A stretch of DNA of 64,000 bases. Origin: Malacoraja senta (lineage: Eukaryota). Below the pieces are notes generated by a model that had not been told where the DNA came from, made no database searches, and saw nothing but the letters and a program-made list of their open reading frames with translations. The translations under genes and the position numbers were made by a program. Within the stretch, counting starts at the first letter, position 1. Each line of letters begins with the position of its first letter. Shown here one piece after another: positions 13,246 through 26,600 of the stretch. The stretch covers positions 64,976,001-65,040,000 of the forward strand of contig CM075980.1 of assembly GCA_038087875.1 (NCBI GenBank), written 5' to 3'.

Positions 13246-13569
13246 GGCTACTGTTTGGGGGCCTGTAGATATCTCCCATTATGGTCTTTTTACCCTTAAC
13301 ATTCCTCAGTTCTATCCATACTGACTCTACATCTCCTGATTCTATGTCACCCTTCGCAAGGGACTGAATTGCATTCCTCACCAACAGAGCTACCCCACCT
13401 CCTCTGCCCACCTGTTGTCTTTTTGATAGGACGTATACCATTGAATATTCAGTTCCCAGCCCTGGTCCTCTTACAGTCATGTCTCTGTAATTCCCACATC
13501 ATACTTGCCAATTTATAACTGAGCTTCAAGCTCATTCACTTTATTTCTTATACTTTGTGCATTCATATA

Positions 13570-14262
13570 TGTGAGATGTATCGTGAGTGCTCACAATCAC
13601 AATGCCAGAGACAATCGTGGAAACAAGAAATTCCTTTATTTACGAGTCTGCAGCCCCCGGGTGTCTCTCCTTGACCGAGACACACCGAGACCAGGAAAGT
13701 CACTCTCTTTTATTCACACCATTTTACAATGGTTACATCTTTAATTCCTCCCCTTCGGGCTTCTTCCAATCAGAGCACTGAGGTGCGCAATCTAACCGGA
13801 ACGCCCCGTAATGCCCAGGGTACCTCCCAGATCATACATCGCATGTGCATTTAAATGAGACATCTTGTCATGCTGGGCATGTTTGCAATATTCATTTATC
13901 TCATTACGCAAGCGCAGTAGAGTACTTCATGCCCTTTACCCTAGTTCTTGCCGGACTGTTGCTATCTCCTGTTTCTCATCCTTAAAATGTCACTATCTGT
14001 TCTTGCGGTTGTTATCTAGTCGAGCGCTGTCGGGTGTTCGTGCTGAGAGCTCATCATCACCCTCCTGTGTGTCTGCTCTCAGCTATTTCTCAGGGTCCTT
14101 AGTTTAAATCATTATCCCTATTAACCCCTTCCTCACATGACCCATGATCCATTTTACTTTCTTGTCGCGTCGGCAGTTTCTTGTGGCTGTAGCTGCTTGT
14201 GTATGCTGTTATCAGTGCGTTGTCAAGGACGATGGTGTTTTATCATTTTTTTGTTCCTCACA
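13570..14262 (-). mobile_element. Solo LTR (693 bp)
   Basis: TGTGAG...CTCACA termini, ATATA TSD, AATAAA on the minus strand near 13636; CR1 resumes on both sides. Confidence 0.8.
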
Positions 14263-14928
14263 ATATATAATACTTTTAATCCATTACTGCCCTCACCCTT
14301 CACATCGATTCCAATTTCACTTGGCCATAGTCTCCTATCCCTTCCTGAGCTTTCTGCCCTGTTAATACTCGTGTCTTTCTTAACTTTTCTTATACTTTCT
14401 TACCCATTAACTCCATCCTTATATCTCCAGTTTGTCCCCTCCCCCCACACTATTTAGTTTAAACCCACCCATGTTGCAGTGGCAAACCTGCCTCCCAGAA
14501 GGCTGGTCCCCCTCCAGTTAAGGTGCAACCCGTCCTTTTTGTACAATTCACCCTTACCCCAAAACAGATCTCAGTGAACTAAGAATCTAAATCCCTGCTT
14601 CCCGCACCAGCTCCTCAGCCACACATTCAGATCCCCTATCTCCCTGTTCCTGCCCACACCAGCACGAGGAACTGGAAGCAAACCGGAGATAACCACCCTG
14701 GAGGTCCTGCTTTTCAGCCTTCTTCCGAGTTCTCTGAAGTCATGCTGCAGAATGTCTTTCCACTTCTTCCCGACGTCACTTGTGCCGACATGCACTACCA
14801 CTTCCAGCTGCTCACCTTCACCCTTGAGGATGCTCTGCAATCGGTCAGTGACGTCCTGGATCCTGGCATCAGGGAGGCAACATATCATCCTTGACTCCCA
14901 CAGAAACCCCTGTCTGTACCTCTCACGA

Positions 14929-15343
14929 TGGAGTATCACCAAAGAAGACACCCAGCAACTGGTGATGTCTATGAATCGCAGACTTCAAGCAGTCATTGTA
15001 TGCAAAGGATATGCAACAAAATAATAAACATAACTACTTTCATTTACATGACATTGCTGTGTCCCAAACATAATGGTGCCCTGAAATGGAAGGACTATGA
15101 TTCAACACTGCTGTAATTTCTACATGGTGAAACCAAAATGTATAAAAATGGCCTTTATTAAAATCTGACTTTTAATCTACTCCACAATATGAGATTTGTA
15201 ATACAAAAAAATCATGTGGTTAAAGTACACATTATGCACTTTAACCACATGTGATTTTTTTCTATTACAAATCTCATATTGTGGAGTAGAGGCAAATAAA
15301 TAAATAATGGGTCTTTGTCCCAAACATTATGGAGGGCACTATA
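14929..15343 (+). mobile_element. Tc1 transposon 3' end and right TIR
   Basis: ...QQLVMSMNRRLQAVIVCKGYATK*; TIR ends GGAGGGCACT(a)TA. Confidence 0.85.
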
Positions 15344-15359
15344 CTTGTAAATTGGCTTT

Positions 15360-16650
15360 ACACTCGTTCCACCTTAATGATATCCTTCCTATAGCAGGCA
15401 GACCAAAACTGAACACAGTATTCCAAGTGTAGTATTCACCAGGGAGCACACGGTGTCCACGGACACCTTGGCTGCTTTCCGGGAACACTGGGCATTGCAG
15501 GGGCTTGAATGTTAGTTAGATGAAAGTAACACCATTTTAATTTGATGCCTGTGTGTACATTCCTTTTTTAGATAGATGGCTCCTTTGAGTAGTGTTTTCA
15601 TTGTGATTTTTTTGTGGTTTTTTTTGTGATTGTGATTATCATTGTGATTTTGTGCCTGTTAATAAACTTACTTTTGTAAAAATGTGTAGCCTCACTAACA
15701 TCTTCTACAACTATAACATCCCAACTTCCATACTCAATACCCTGACTAATGAAGGCCAATGTACGAAAAGCCTTCTTGGCTACCCTATCTACTTGGGACA
15801 CCACTCTCAGGGAACCTGTACTCCTAGATCCCTCTGTCTTGTAATCCAAATTGTTGATATAAACCACAAAAAAATGGGCCCAGCACTAATCCATGAGCAC
15901 ACCACTTGTCACAGGCCTCCAGTTGAAAAAAATACCCCCAACCACCACCCTACCACACATTCTACCATGTACAAAACCATACTGTTTATCCTTAATCAGT
16001 TCCTGTCGATCCAATGCATTTATCTTATCCTTCAGAAACCTCTCCAGTAACTTTTCTACCACAGATATCTGTTCACTGGTCTATAGTTCCCAGGCTTTTT
16101 CTTGTAACCCTTCTTAGAGGCAAACATTAGCTACCCTCCAGTCGCCCGGCACCTCACCTGTGTCTAACAATGATTCATATATCTTAGCCAGGACTCCTGC
16201 AATTTCTTCTCTAGCTTCCTACAATATCCTTGAATATAGCTGATCAGGCCTGAAAGATTTATCTAGATCTTAGATCTTAGATTTGTCTAGATCATCCTAG
16301 ATTATGATACATAGATACATAGAAAATAGGTGCAGGAGTAGGCCATTCGGCCCTTCGAGCCTGCACCGCCATTCAATATCATCATGGCTGATCATCCAAC
16401 TCAGATGATCTAGGATGTCCAGTACCTCTTTAACTGTAATATGACTGTTCTTAAGACATCACCATTAACTGTCCCAAATTCCCAAGCCTTCATGTTTTCT
16501 CTATGGTAAAAACAGAGAAATACTAATTGAGGACTTACCCATCTCCTGCGACTCCACACATAGATGACCGTTTTGGTTTCTGAAGGGCCCTATTCTCTCC
16601 CTAGTTATCCTCTTTTCCTGAATGTACTAAAATCAGTTTGGATTCTCCTT
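15360..16650 (-). mobile_element. Degenerate CR1 fragments, with a young CR1 tail at 16313-16404
   Basis: QVDRVAKKAF...FISQGIEY peptide and tail motif. Confidence 0.65.
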
Positions 16651-16949
16651 AATTTTATCGGCCGGAGTTAACTCCTGCTCCTGCCTCCTTTTTACCTTCC
16701 TAATTTACTTCTTAAGTATGATCCTTATAACCATTTTTGATTGTTATTTATCATAGAGTGCATAGTGTAATTAAATTGTAGAGTATGATTTCACTGTCAA
16801 TGAACACTCTCAGCATGTATGTAAGACAATCAATAACAGCATGGACACATCTAATAAGATGCAGGTCGGCTCAGAGTAATGCATTAAATGTCGTTTTCGG
16901 CAAGCATAAAAATATTTTTTTAAAGCAGCAAATCATAATCCAATATAAG

Positions 16950-17198
16950 CATGGGTGGTAGAGGTACTGCCTCATAACTCCAGAGACCCAGGTTTGATCC
17001 TGGTGCCATCTGTGTGGAGTATGTACATTCTCCCGGTGAATACGTGGGTTTCCTCCCACATCCCAAGACATGCAGGTTTGTTGGTTAATTGACTACTGTA
17101 GATTGCCACTGATGTGTAAGGAATGGATATGAAACTGGGATAACAGAAGTAATGTGAATTGAGGTAGTGTGATTTCATGCTGTATCTCTAAACTAAAC
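16950..17198 (+). mobile_element. Degenerate V-SINE
   Basis: V-domain gtgtggag...ttctcccggtga...gtgggtttcctcccaca; tail gctgtatctctaaactaaa. Confidence 0.7.
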
Positions 17199-17274
17199 CA
17201 GTGTAAATTGAACATAAACACAAATCTAAATCAGATTAAGATTTGTTCGTGGTGATGCACAGGAAACCTCTGCT

Positions 17275-17352
17275 TTTATTACAGTACCAAAAAGGCACAC
17301 TCAGCAAAATGATGATGCTTAAATAGGATTCCTGTCAGTGGCTCTTTTTATT
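17275..17352 (-). promoter_or_regulatory. Candidate DNAH1 polyadenylation signals (two AATAAA)
   Basis: TTTATT on + strand at 17347-17352 and 17275-17280, about 190 and 260 nt after the stop. Confidence 0.55.
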
Positions 17353-17542
17353 AAAGGGGAAAGTTCAGACTTTAAAACAAAAATTTTAAAACTACAATAA
17401 GCAAAAATAAAAAAAACACAATAAACAATAAGAAGAAATTTAATTCATAACTAATAGAATGCAAATGTCAAAGAATTAGGTTTAATTAAAACTTCTATAT
17501 CTGTCTTCAATAAAAGAAGACAAAACTAATTTCGAACGCTAC

Positions 17543-17664
17543 TTAATAATCCAGTGCACAGATTAGTGCCACCCCTCGTTTAATCCAGTGTTGGTGTGGT
17601 TTGATGGTTGGTAATTCCACAGCTATGACGTAATTGGTGGAATGGCCAGTTGTTGACAGCGTAC
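17543..17664 (-). CDS. DNAH1: DNAH1 last coding exon ([19 protein letters not shown]...[15 protein letters not shown])
   Basis: Manual translation; TTTTTAG acceptor, TAA stop at 17545-17543. Confidence 0.95.
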
Positions 17665-20600
17665 CTAAAAAGATACATTTTGACAAATTGAAGTGCACAG
17701 ATTACACATCTGGAATATTCAGTGTCCAAAATAGATGGAAAGAACAATATTTTCAATTAACATAATGTCTTAAATTTTATACAAGAATGTAACTTCTTGT
17801 ATGTTAAGCTTGTTCCAAAGCAAATTTCTCTGTCAAACTTCAGTACAAATATAGAGTACGTGAACTTCAATATAGAAAGTGATGTAGCATGGAGGGGAGG
17901 GGTATTTCTGAGTCAGGATGATGCACAACTCAGAGGGAAACCAGCAGCTGGTGATGTTCTCATCATCTAAGCCCTTGTCCTTGCTGAGGAGTTGTGGGTT
18001 TGGGAGTTGCTGAATTAGCCAAGGTGTGTAACTGTAGTGCAATTTGTACTATTATGCATCATGGCGTTGAAAACTGATGTTTAAGATAGTATTAACCTTC
18101 TTAAAAGTTGTCGAAGCTGTACTCATCCAATAAAGTGGAGAGGGATCCAGTACCGTACTACTTTATGCCTTGTAGATAGTGGGAAGGCTTTGGGGTGTCA
18201 GGAGGTGAGTCACAACAGGATTCCCACCTCTCTCAGAGCCACCCTATATGCGTAGTTGTTACAGTTGTGCTTCCAGACACTAGTGACTCCAGGATGTTGA
18301 TTGTGAGAAACCTGATGATGGTATAATACCAGGTTTAATATCAAGTTGCCCAACTGAGCTAGTCCCATTTGCTTGTGTTGGGCCCATATCCTTATAAACC
18401 TTTCCTATCCACCTACATAAATGGTACATATGAAGCACTGCAACCAAATTTTTGTCTGTTAGCTTGAGGCATACAGATTTTTTGGGTCAATAATGTTCAT
18501 TATGTTCAGCTATTATTATCAGAAATATCTCCACGTCACCCTTTAATTTTCCTTTTCCATTTTGCCTATCCTTTCAAAACATCTAGTCTTGGTCACCACA
18601 CAACTAAGTCTCTGTAAAAGCTAGTAAGTCAAACACATTTTTTTCTGTAGACACAAGAAACTGCAGATGCTAGAATCTTGAGCAAACACAGTGGGCCAGA
18701 CAGCATCTCTGGAGAAAATGGATAGGTGACGTTTTGGTTGGAACCCTTCTTCATGATTGGAGGAAGGGAGGAAAGCTGAAAAAGGGAGGTGGAGGCTAGA
18801 CAAAGCCCCCACTTTTCCCAATGCCATTATTTTTTCAATTTAGTTATGAATATATTTGCCATCATATAAACCATGTTCCTTCTATCATTGTACTGTTTTC
18901 CATGAATTGATTTTGTTTACTGATGCAATCCCATGGACTCTTGCGTAAATTGGATGTGACATAAGTCGGAAACGGAAATGTTACTGCGCATGCATGATTT
19001 TACCATTTGACGCGGAGAGCAAGTGGGAGCTCAGACTCAGAGACCACGGGGAGCTATGACACGACCACGGGGAGATGTTACGAGGAGATCATGTGGGAAA
19101 TCTGACGCGGAGACTACGTGGGAGCTCTGGCACAGAGACCACATGAGCAGTCTGACACAGAGACCACGTGGGAGCTCCAAAGTGGAGACCATGTGATCGT
19201 AAAGAGGCTCAAAGATTTGCGTACGTAAGTGCGAGATTACATAAATCACCTATTATGTAGTTCAGGGAGTGCCTGTATATTGCTGTCCCTTCATAGTGAC
19301 TGGGTCTAAATCTTAGAGCTTCCTCCCTGTATGAGTATCTTCATCACAAGCCATGGCAGCAATTGAAGACAACAACACATCACATTACATTTTAAAATTA
19401 GAAACAGGCAATGAAAATAATCACATCTTGCAAAATGAATAAATACCCCACTAATTCCACGTTTACCATTGTGCTCAGACAATGCTGTGTTCTATTGACT
19501 CTTCGACATTGCCATCAGATTTCTCTTACCTGCACGTTTGAGTGTCTTATATATTGGACAATTATAAATCCTTCCCTGTGGTGGTTTTCGATTTGCAGTT
19601 GGGATTAACCAGATCACGGCCATCTCTGTGTAAAGTTCTTTGGGTCGAGATTCGCATAGCCGGGCTAAATCACCGTCCCAGCAGGCTCCCTCCAAGAAGA
19701 GCCCATAGATGTAGCATCCAAATCTGGGATGCATTAGTTCATGGGAATCATTTTGAATTATCTGTGTTCAGACAGTATAAATTAGATGAGTATGTCCTCA
19801 AAAATAAAACATACAACAGGCTCATTTTTTCTTTTCACATATAATGTATAAAACGGTTCATATGCTAGACACAGTTCAATGCTCCCTTGAACTCCCTTGA
19901 CTCCAATGCGACCAGAAAAAGGTACGACTCTTTGGGTGACTATTCACGACCATACAGGAGTCACCCCGCGACATGTCCGGGACAGATTCTTAACACTTTT
20001 ATTCTTGTTTTTCAGTCTCATAATGGCTTCTTTGACATTCATTGGCACAATTTTGGTCCTCATGTTGATAAACAGCAATAAAAGTTTCCAATGGTGATGG
20101 AAAGTCCAGGTGCTGAGAACTCTCTTATATCTGCATTAACAAGGCAATTAAACACACCTGAGCAATTACAAATGCCCGTGAAGCCATGTGTCCCAAATAT
20201 TATGGTGTCCTGAAATGGGGGGGGACTATGTATAAACACTGCTGTAATTTCTACATGGTGAAACCAAAATGTATAAAAATGGCCTTTATTAAAATCTGAC
20301 AATGTGCACTTTAACCACATGTGATTTTTTTCTATTACAAATCTCAAATTGTGGAGTACAGAGGCAAATAAATAAATGATGGGTCTTTGTCCCAAACATT
20401 ATGGAGGGCACTGTAGGTACACAATGTGGTGCAAAATATATGGTATTTACATATAAGCACACATGTTCATAATGCTATTCAGTAAGTTAGGGTGGAGTTG
20501 CAAATATACATGGGTGAAGATGTGACATGAATCCTTGTACCTGGTTCAGGAATAGCAGTTGTTAACTTCCATTTGTGCATGAGGTGTTCTCTGAAGTGAA

Positions 20601-23600
20601 CACATCACGAGTTAACAACTAGAAGCCAAATTTTGTGATAGGTAGAACAGATTGCTACGTTGTGCTTTGCAAACGCCATCTGATTACTGCCACAATGTGT
20701 TTTCCTCCAAACCCAAGAACTCAAGCGCAGTCACTATCTGGGAATCAAAAAACTGCAGATAGTGGAAATCTTATTTAAAACAGGAAATGCTGGAAATACC
20801 CTAGCCAGCACGCCAGGCAGCATCTGTGGGAAGAGAAACAGCTAATGTTTCAGATGGAAAGTCCTTCATTAAAACTAGACTAAAACAAAGCTTATTAAGC
20901 TGACCTGCCAGGCACGCCTTCCTGCGCTGCATTTAACAATTCCTGAAAATTTTGGTTGGTGTACCCACTCTCTAACTGTTCCCATTCTCGAATAGACGAG
21001 ATAACCTAATTTATAGCCAATGCCCATGGTCACCCCAGTTTTACCACTATCAGAGACATCTCCCTCCCCCATTATCTAATGAGTTTCTTTTGTCTCATTC
21101 TGAGATCCGACAAAGGGTCTTTGACCTGAATCGTTAGCTCTGCTTCTCTTCCCACAGATAAAACCTGACCTGTTGAGTGTTTCAGCATTTCTATCTTTAC
21201 TTCACACTCACTGTCTGTTGTGATGTACATGTAGGAGAGTTTGAAGCTATTGGACTATTCTGGTTGTGTTTAAGTAGGATCTTACTTTATGTCTGCAACC
21301 CACAAAGGCTGTCATGAAGACTTCTACTTACCTTGACTCTAAACACAACAGCATCAAAAATGTAAGTCCATCAAGTCTGATTTGATGACACAAGGAATTG
21401 CAGCTGTGGGAATTTTGCATAGAACACAATTTGAAGGACATGGATAGGTGATATTTTGGGTCGGGACAGATTGTAGTGGGGGGAGAAAGCTGGAAAATAG
21501 GTAGAGGTGGGACAACAGCAGGCACATTTTAGTTTAGTTTTAGTTTTAGAGATACAGAGCGGAAACAGGTCCTTCGGCCCACCGGGTCTGCGCCGACCAG
21601 CGATCCCCGCAAATTAACGTTATCCTACACACACTAGGGACATGTTTTACATTTACCAAGCCCATTTACCTACAAACCTGTACATCTTTGGAGTGTGGGA
21701 GGAAACCGAAGATCTCGGAGAAAACCCACGCAGGTCACGGGGAGAACATACAAACTCCGTACAGACAGCATCCGTGGTCGGGATCGAACACAGGTTCCCG
21801 GCGCAGCAAGCGCTGTAAGGCAGCAATTCGACCTCTTCACCGCCGTGCTGCCCAAATAGGTGGAAACAGGTGAGAGAAAGTTTTGATTGTCAGATGAGTA
21901 GACAGAGGCAAGAGATGAAAAGGAGATAAAACCGTGACAAAAGGAGATAAAAAGGAGACAAAGGGGTATCAGCTAAGAGGAGAAATTTAAAGCCAAAAAA
22001 TAGGTGGATGGGGTCAGGGGAGAAAGAAAGAGGCTGGAATAGTGGAAGAAATGGGCGCACAGTGGAGTGGGAAGAGGCACAGGAAAGGTGGGGGGGGGGG
22101 GTTTGGGTGGGTGGGAATTGAAATGGGGGGGTGTTACCTAACATTGGAAAATTCAATGTTCATTGGATTTTAAGTTACCCAAGCAGAATATGAGGTGCTG
22201 TTTACGCAGTTTGCGGGTGGCCTCACTCTGGCAATGGTAGAGGCCTAGGACAGAAAGGTGGCGGTGAACCTGTGGAATTCTTTGCCACAGAAGGCCGTGG
22301 AGACCAAGTCAGTGGATATTGGCAGAGTAGACTTGATGGGCTGAATGGCCTAATTCTACTCTTATCACATGACCTTATGAAAGGTCAGCATGGAAATAAG
22401 AAAGGGAGTTAAAATGGTTAACAACTGGGGGATCCAGCAGGCCTTGGCAAACTAAGCCCAAGCATTTAATGAAATGGTCACCTAGGCCACATCTAGAACC
22501 ATTTGCAGTAGATGAGGTTAGATGAGGTGCATGTGAAACTCAGTCTCACCTTGAAGGGCTGTTGGGATCCCTGGATAGAGGTGAGGGTAGGGATGTAGGG
22601 ATAGATGTAACATCTCCGGCGGTTTCAGGGAAAGCACCCAGGGAGGAGGCAGTTTAGGTGAGAAGGGATGAGCGAACTAAGGAGTTGCGGAGGGAGTGGT
22701 CTCTATGCAAAGCAGAAAGTGATTAGGTGTGGGATCATGTTGCAGGTAGCGAATGTTGTGTTGAATGCAGAGACTAGTGGGGTGTCTGAGAGCTGTCGCC
22801 TGGCCTCAGCACAATAGAGGTCAGCCTGCCAGATCACAACAGCAGGTTTGATAACAATATTGGAAATGTTATTGAGTGAGAGAAGGCATGTATGTTCACA
22901 GGGGGTGAGATTAGAATAGACGAGTGGAGAGGTCAGGACGGTAATGCCGCAAATGGAATTTAAAAAGTCCAGAGAGAGTAAAAGGCCGAAAGGGGGAGTC
23001 CACGAGAAGCAGGATTGTAGGAGATGGGAAAAGGGGTCGTCACTAGGAGCAAGGACTCTTTGCCAAAGAAATAGGCAGAGACGCAGAGATGGCATCATGG
23101 CAGGCTCAGAATTCAGGTCAAAGTAAAACTCTGTCTACATTACACAGATCAATTAAAGCATATCTGAATGTGGAGTTAGGCTTCCTCAATTCTATTCTTC
23201 AGTTCTAATTTTTCATGAACTTTCATCACACATACATGTAGAACTTTTCATTGGTGGAATTTAAACACATGGGTAAGCTGTGAAAAACAATGTTTAACCC
23301 ACTGTTCTCTTCAATTTCCCTCCTAGTCTCATACCGTAAAGTCAAATGTTATTATATCAATAGAGATAACGGATCGTCTTGCAAAATTCTGAAGGGTGCC
23401 TGTTAGAAATGCTTGTGGGAAGAAAAATCCGCTGATCCAGAAAGCAGCTGGAATCCCATTGGTGATCCATTTCTGCAGGAAGTTGATTCTCTCAAGAAGA
23501 TCATTGACCCAGGAGGCCAAGGGTTTCAGTGAAGGATATGCCTGGAAAATATAGACACATGGTTCATTGGATCAACATTTGAATAACTTCCATATTAGGC

Positions 23601-26600
23601 TACAGATTCAAGATTCAAGAGAGTTTATTGTCATGTGTCCCAGATAGGACAATGAAATTCTTGCTTTGCTTCAGCACAATAGAATATAGTAGGCATGAAT
23701 ACAGAATCGATCAGCGTGTCCATATACCATTATATAAATATATACACACATGAATAAATAAACAGATAAAGTGCAAATAAACAGATAATTGTCTATTATT
23801 GATTGTTAAACAGATCAATAGTTCTGTTTATAGATCTTTCTAGGCTGGAGCCAGGCCACCCTCAGTATATCACATTGTGATATAATTGGAGCAGGAAGGC
23901 AAAATTTACCTACTTTTCCATGAGAGGGAGATGCTGGAACTACAAACATAATGGTATTGCCATTATTGTGGAATTCCAGAAGGTGAGTAGATCTATTGAG
24001 TGTGTTCATATCCATCAGGGACACAATTAAAACTGCACACACTTCTAATCCCTGAATTTGCAATTTGTCTTGCTATGTTTAACATCCTTGTTTGGCATCC
24101 TAGTGGCCATAAAATGCTTTATATTTTGAGCTAGCCCACTGTACCTTGCATCTTCCAGCCACCACCTCAAACCATGGGGAACCAGAGGAAGGCAAATGCT
24201 TTCCTTTCGCTACGTGATTATTGATTCAAATGCAAAGTGCAGCACAAGTGCATAATAAATGCATAACTAAGGCTATATTACTAAATGCAGCTCATGTTGA
24301 CCAGACCATCACTGCCTCAAAGATCTACTGTTACCTGGGCTGCCTAGGAGGTGCAGTAAATCAGTGTGCAGTAAATCAGGTCCACATTTATTATGGTCTG
24401 CCAAATGTTGCACAAGCTGGTAATTATTCTCTTAGCAGCAGCTGTGGAGCAACCGTGGTGAAATGGGAAGGAAGAGGAAGTAAAGAAGAAGGAGGAAGAC
24501 AAGAAAGGGAGAAGGAAACATGAATAGTCAGAAATCCTTTCTAACAAAGTCAGACTAACAAAGACTAACTTCCACCCTACCCGCACATTCACTTGGATCA
24601 TCTGACACCTCTCTCCCCTTTCTTGATCTCACTGTCCCCATCACAGGGGACGGACTATCGACTGATGTCTTCTACAAACCCACCGACTCCCAGAGTCATC
24701 TGGACTACACCCACTCCCACCCTGCCTGCAGCAAAGCCACTCTTCCCCGACGTTCAATTTCTCTGTCTCCTCTGCATCTGCTCCACAATCAATCTGAAGA
24801 ACACCTTTTCAGTGTTGATCACCTCTGCATCTGATGACCATATTGTTGGAATAAAGGCTAACAGGATCAAAATTCCAAACAATATTTAAATATCCACTGA
24901 ACTGCCTTCATTGCATTACAGGCTCTTATTCTATGGATGTATATCCGTTAGTCACAATTTGGCAGAAAGGGTACTGAGCTGACCACTGAAGAGGAAAGAA
25001 TTGTTAACAAGAGGTCAAAGAAAACAATGGTGAAATATGATCAACTCATTGATAAATAAACAAAGATAACACAATAGAATTATAACTGGGCATTGGAAAT
25101 CTGTGATTGGTGATGGGTGTGGAATTCCATGGAGACAATTTATATGGAAATGTCATTCTTCCAGTATACTTAACAATGATTTTCAAATTCCATTGAAGGA
25201 AGTTTTATGAATTCAGATGGAGTCATGCTATAAATGCAAGTTATTTTTACAACTGCTAGAAATAATTTTAGTGAATAAAAGCAGTCCTACAATTGACTCT
25301 GCATGGCCCTTTGTAGGTTTGCAAGTTAATTGGCTTGGGTAAAAAAAAAGTAAATTGTCCCTCATGTGTAGGATAGTGCTAGTGTATGGTGTGGCGTGGA
25401 TTCAGTGGGCCGAAGGGCCTGTTTCCATGCTGTATCTCTAAAGTATGAAGTATATTTAAGAGGGAGCTAGATGTGGCCCTTGTGGCTAAAGGGATCAGAG
25501 GGTATGGAGAGAAGGCAGGTACGGGATACTGAGTTGGATGATCAGCCATGATCATATTGAATGGCGGTGCAGGCTCGAAGGGCCGAATGGCCTACTCCTG
25601 CACCTAATTTCTATGTTTCTATGTAAAGTCTAAAGACTTTGCAGATCAGCCCTTATTCATTGAGCACGCATATTAATAAATATTGACCACATTAAAATGA
25701 GTTCTATCGGGACTTGACTAAAGCAATTGAATCTCCCTCACTTACCATAGTCTGCAATAGTCTTAACAAAAATGATTGAAAGGGTCTGCTCCTCATGTCA
25801 GCTGTTAGGGTGATGAACCTTTGTGCATGTCCTGCTAATTTTTAATGTTATGTACATATCCAAACGTCCTGCTCCAGCCCAACCCAACTCTTCACATTTT
25901 AGCTCCCACCACACGAAAAAAAATTACCTATTTTTCTCATTTGCTATCTCGTTATCTTAATTTATTCAATCCTATAATGAAAAGTTGTAACTGTTACCTT
26001 GGCATTCCAGAGCTCTGGGACAGAATTGTTATACAAACTTTCTGCCATCAATTCCAGTTGTGAGGACATAACAACTAGACCCTTTAGTGCTTTCAGCAGG
26101 TCATTAAGACTTTGCACAATAGTCTCCAATAATCGATTATACCTATAAAACCACCAAATAAAAAATAAATGTAATTTATTTATTTTATTGCTGGATACTT
26201 AAGACAGCTACAAATCCATAAGACAAGTTGAAAGAAGATTGTTCTAAATGAACTGAACGCATGTCTTTTCACCTCTTCCCTTCCTAATAATCTTCCAGGT
26301 AAAACAGTGATTCACTTGCACTTCTTCCAATTTAATGTACTGCATTCATTCACAATTTGGTATCCTCTATATTGCAGAAACCAAACACAGATTGGGTCAT
26401 AATTTTGTAGAGCACCTGTGTTCAGATGCAGGACTGATTCTGAGTTCTGGTTGCCTGCCACTTTAATTCTGACTTATGCATCCATGGGCTCCTGAACAGG
26501 ACCAAGATATGGACCAAGGCCTCATTTTAAAGTATCTCCTGGAATATGTAATTTTCCTGATCATATAAGTGCACCAATTTGGTGAATTCCAGGCCAATAT

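Larger units (their letters stand above)
10471..14925 (-). mobile_element. CR1 LINE 5' half (ORF1 SGNH/esterase-like + ORF2 endonuclease), interrupted by three insertions
   Basis: ORF1-like VVVHVGTSDVG at 14571-14900; ORF2 peptides GGGVALLV/YRPP (13241-13480), MGDFN/LDLVL (11413-11613), KSFFRYVK (10567-10839). Confidence 0.88.

Noticed and set aside
19009-19200. CRISPR-like repeat array
   Set aside because: Head-to-tail degenerate units without unique spacers, no cas genes, vertebrate intron.
14929-20415. Composite Tc1 transposon carrying the last two DNAH1 exons
   Set aside because: The two TIRs are in direct, not inverted, orientation and come from separate truncated copies.
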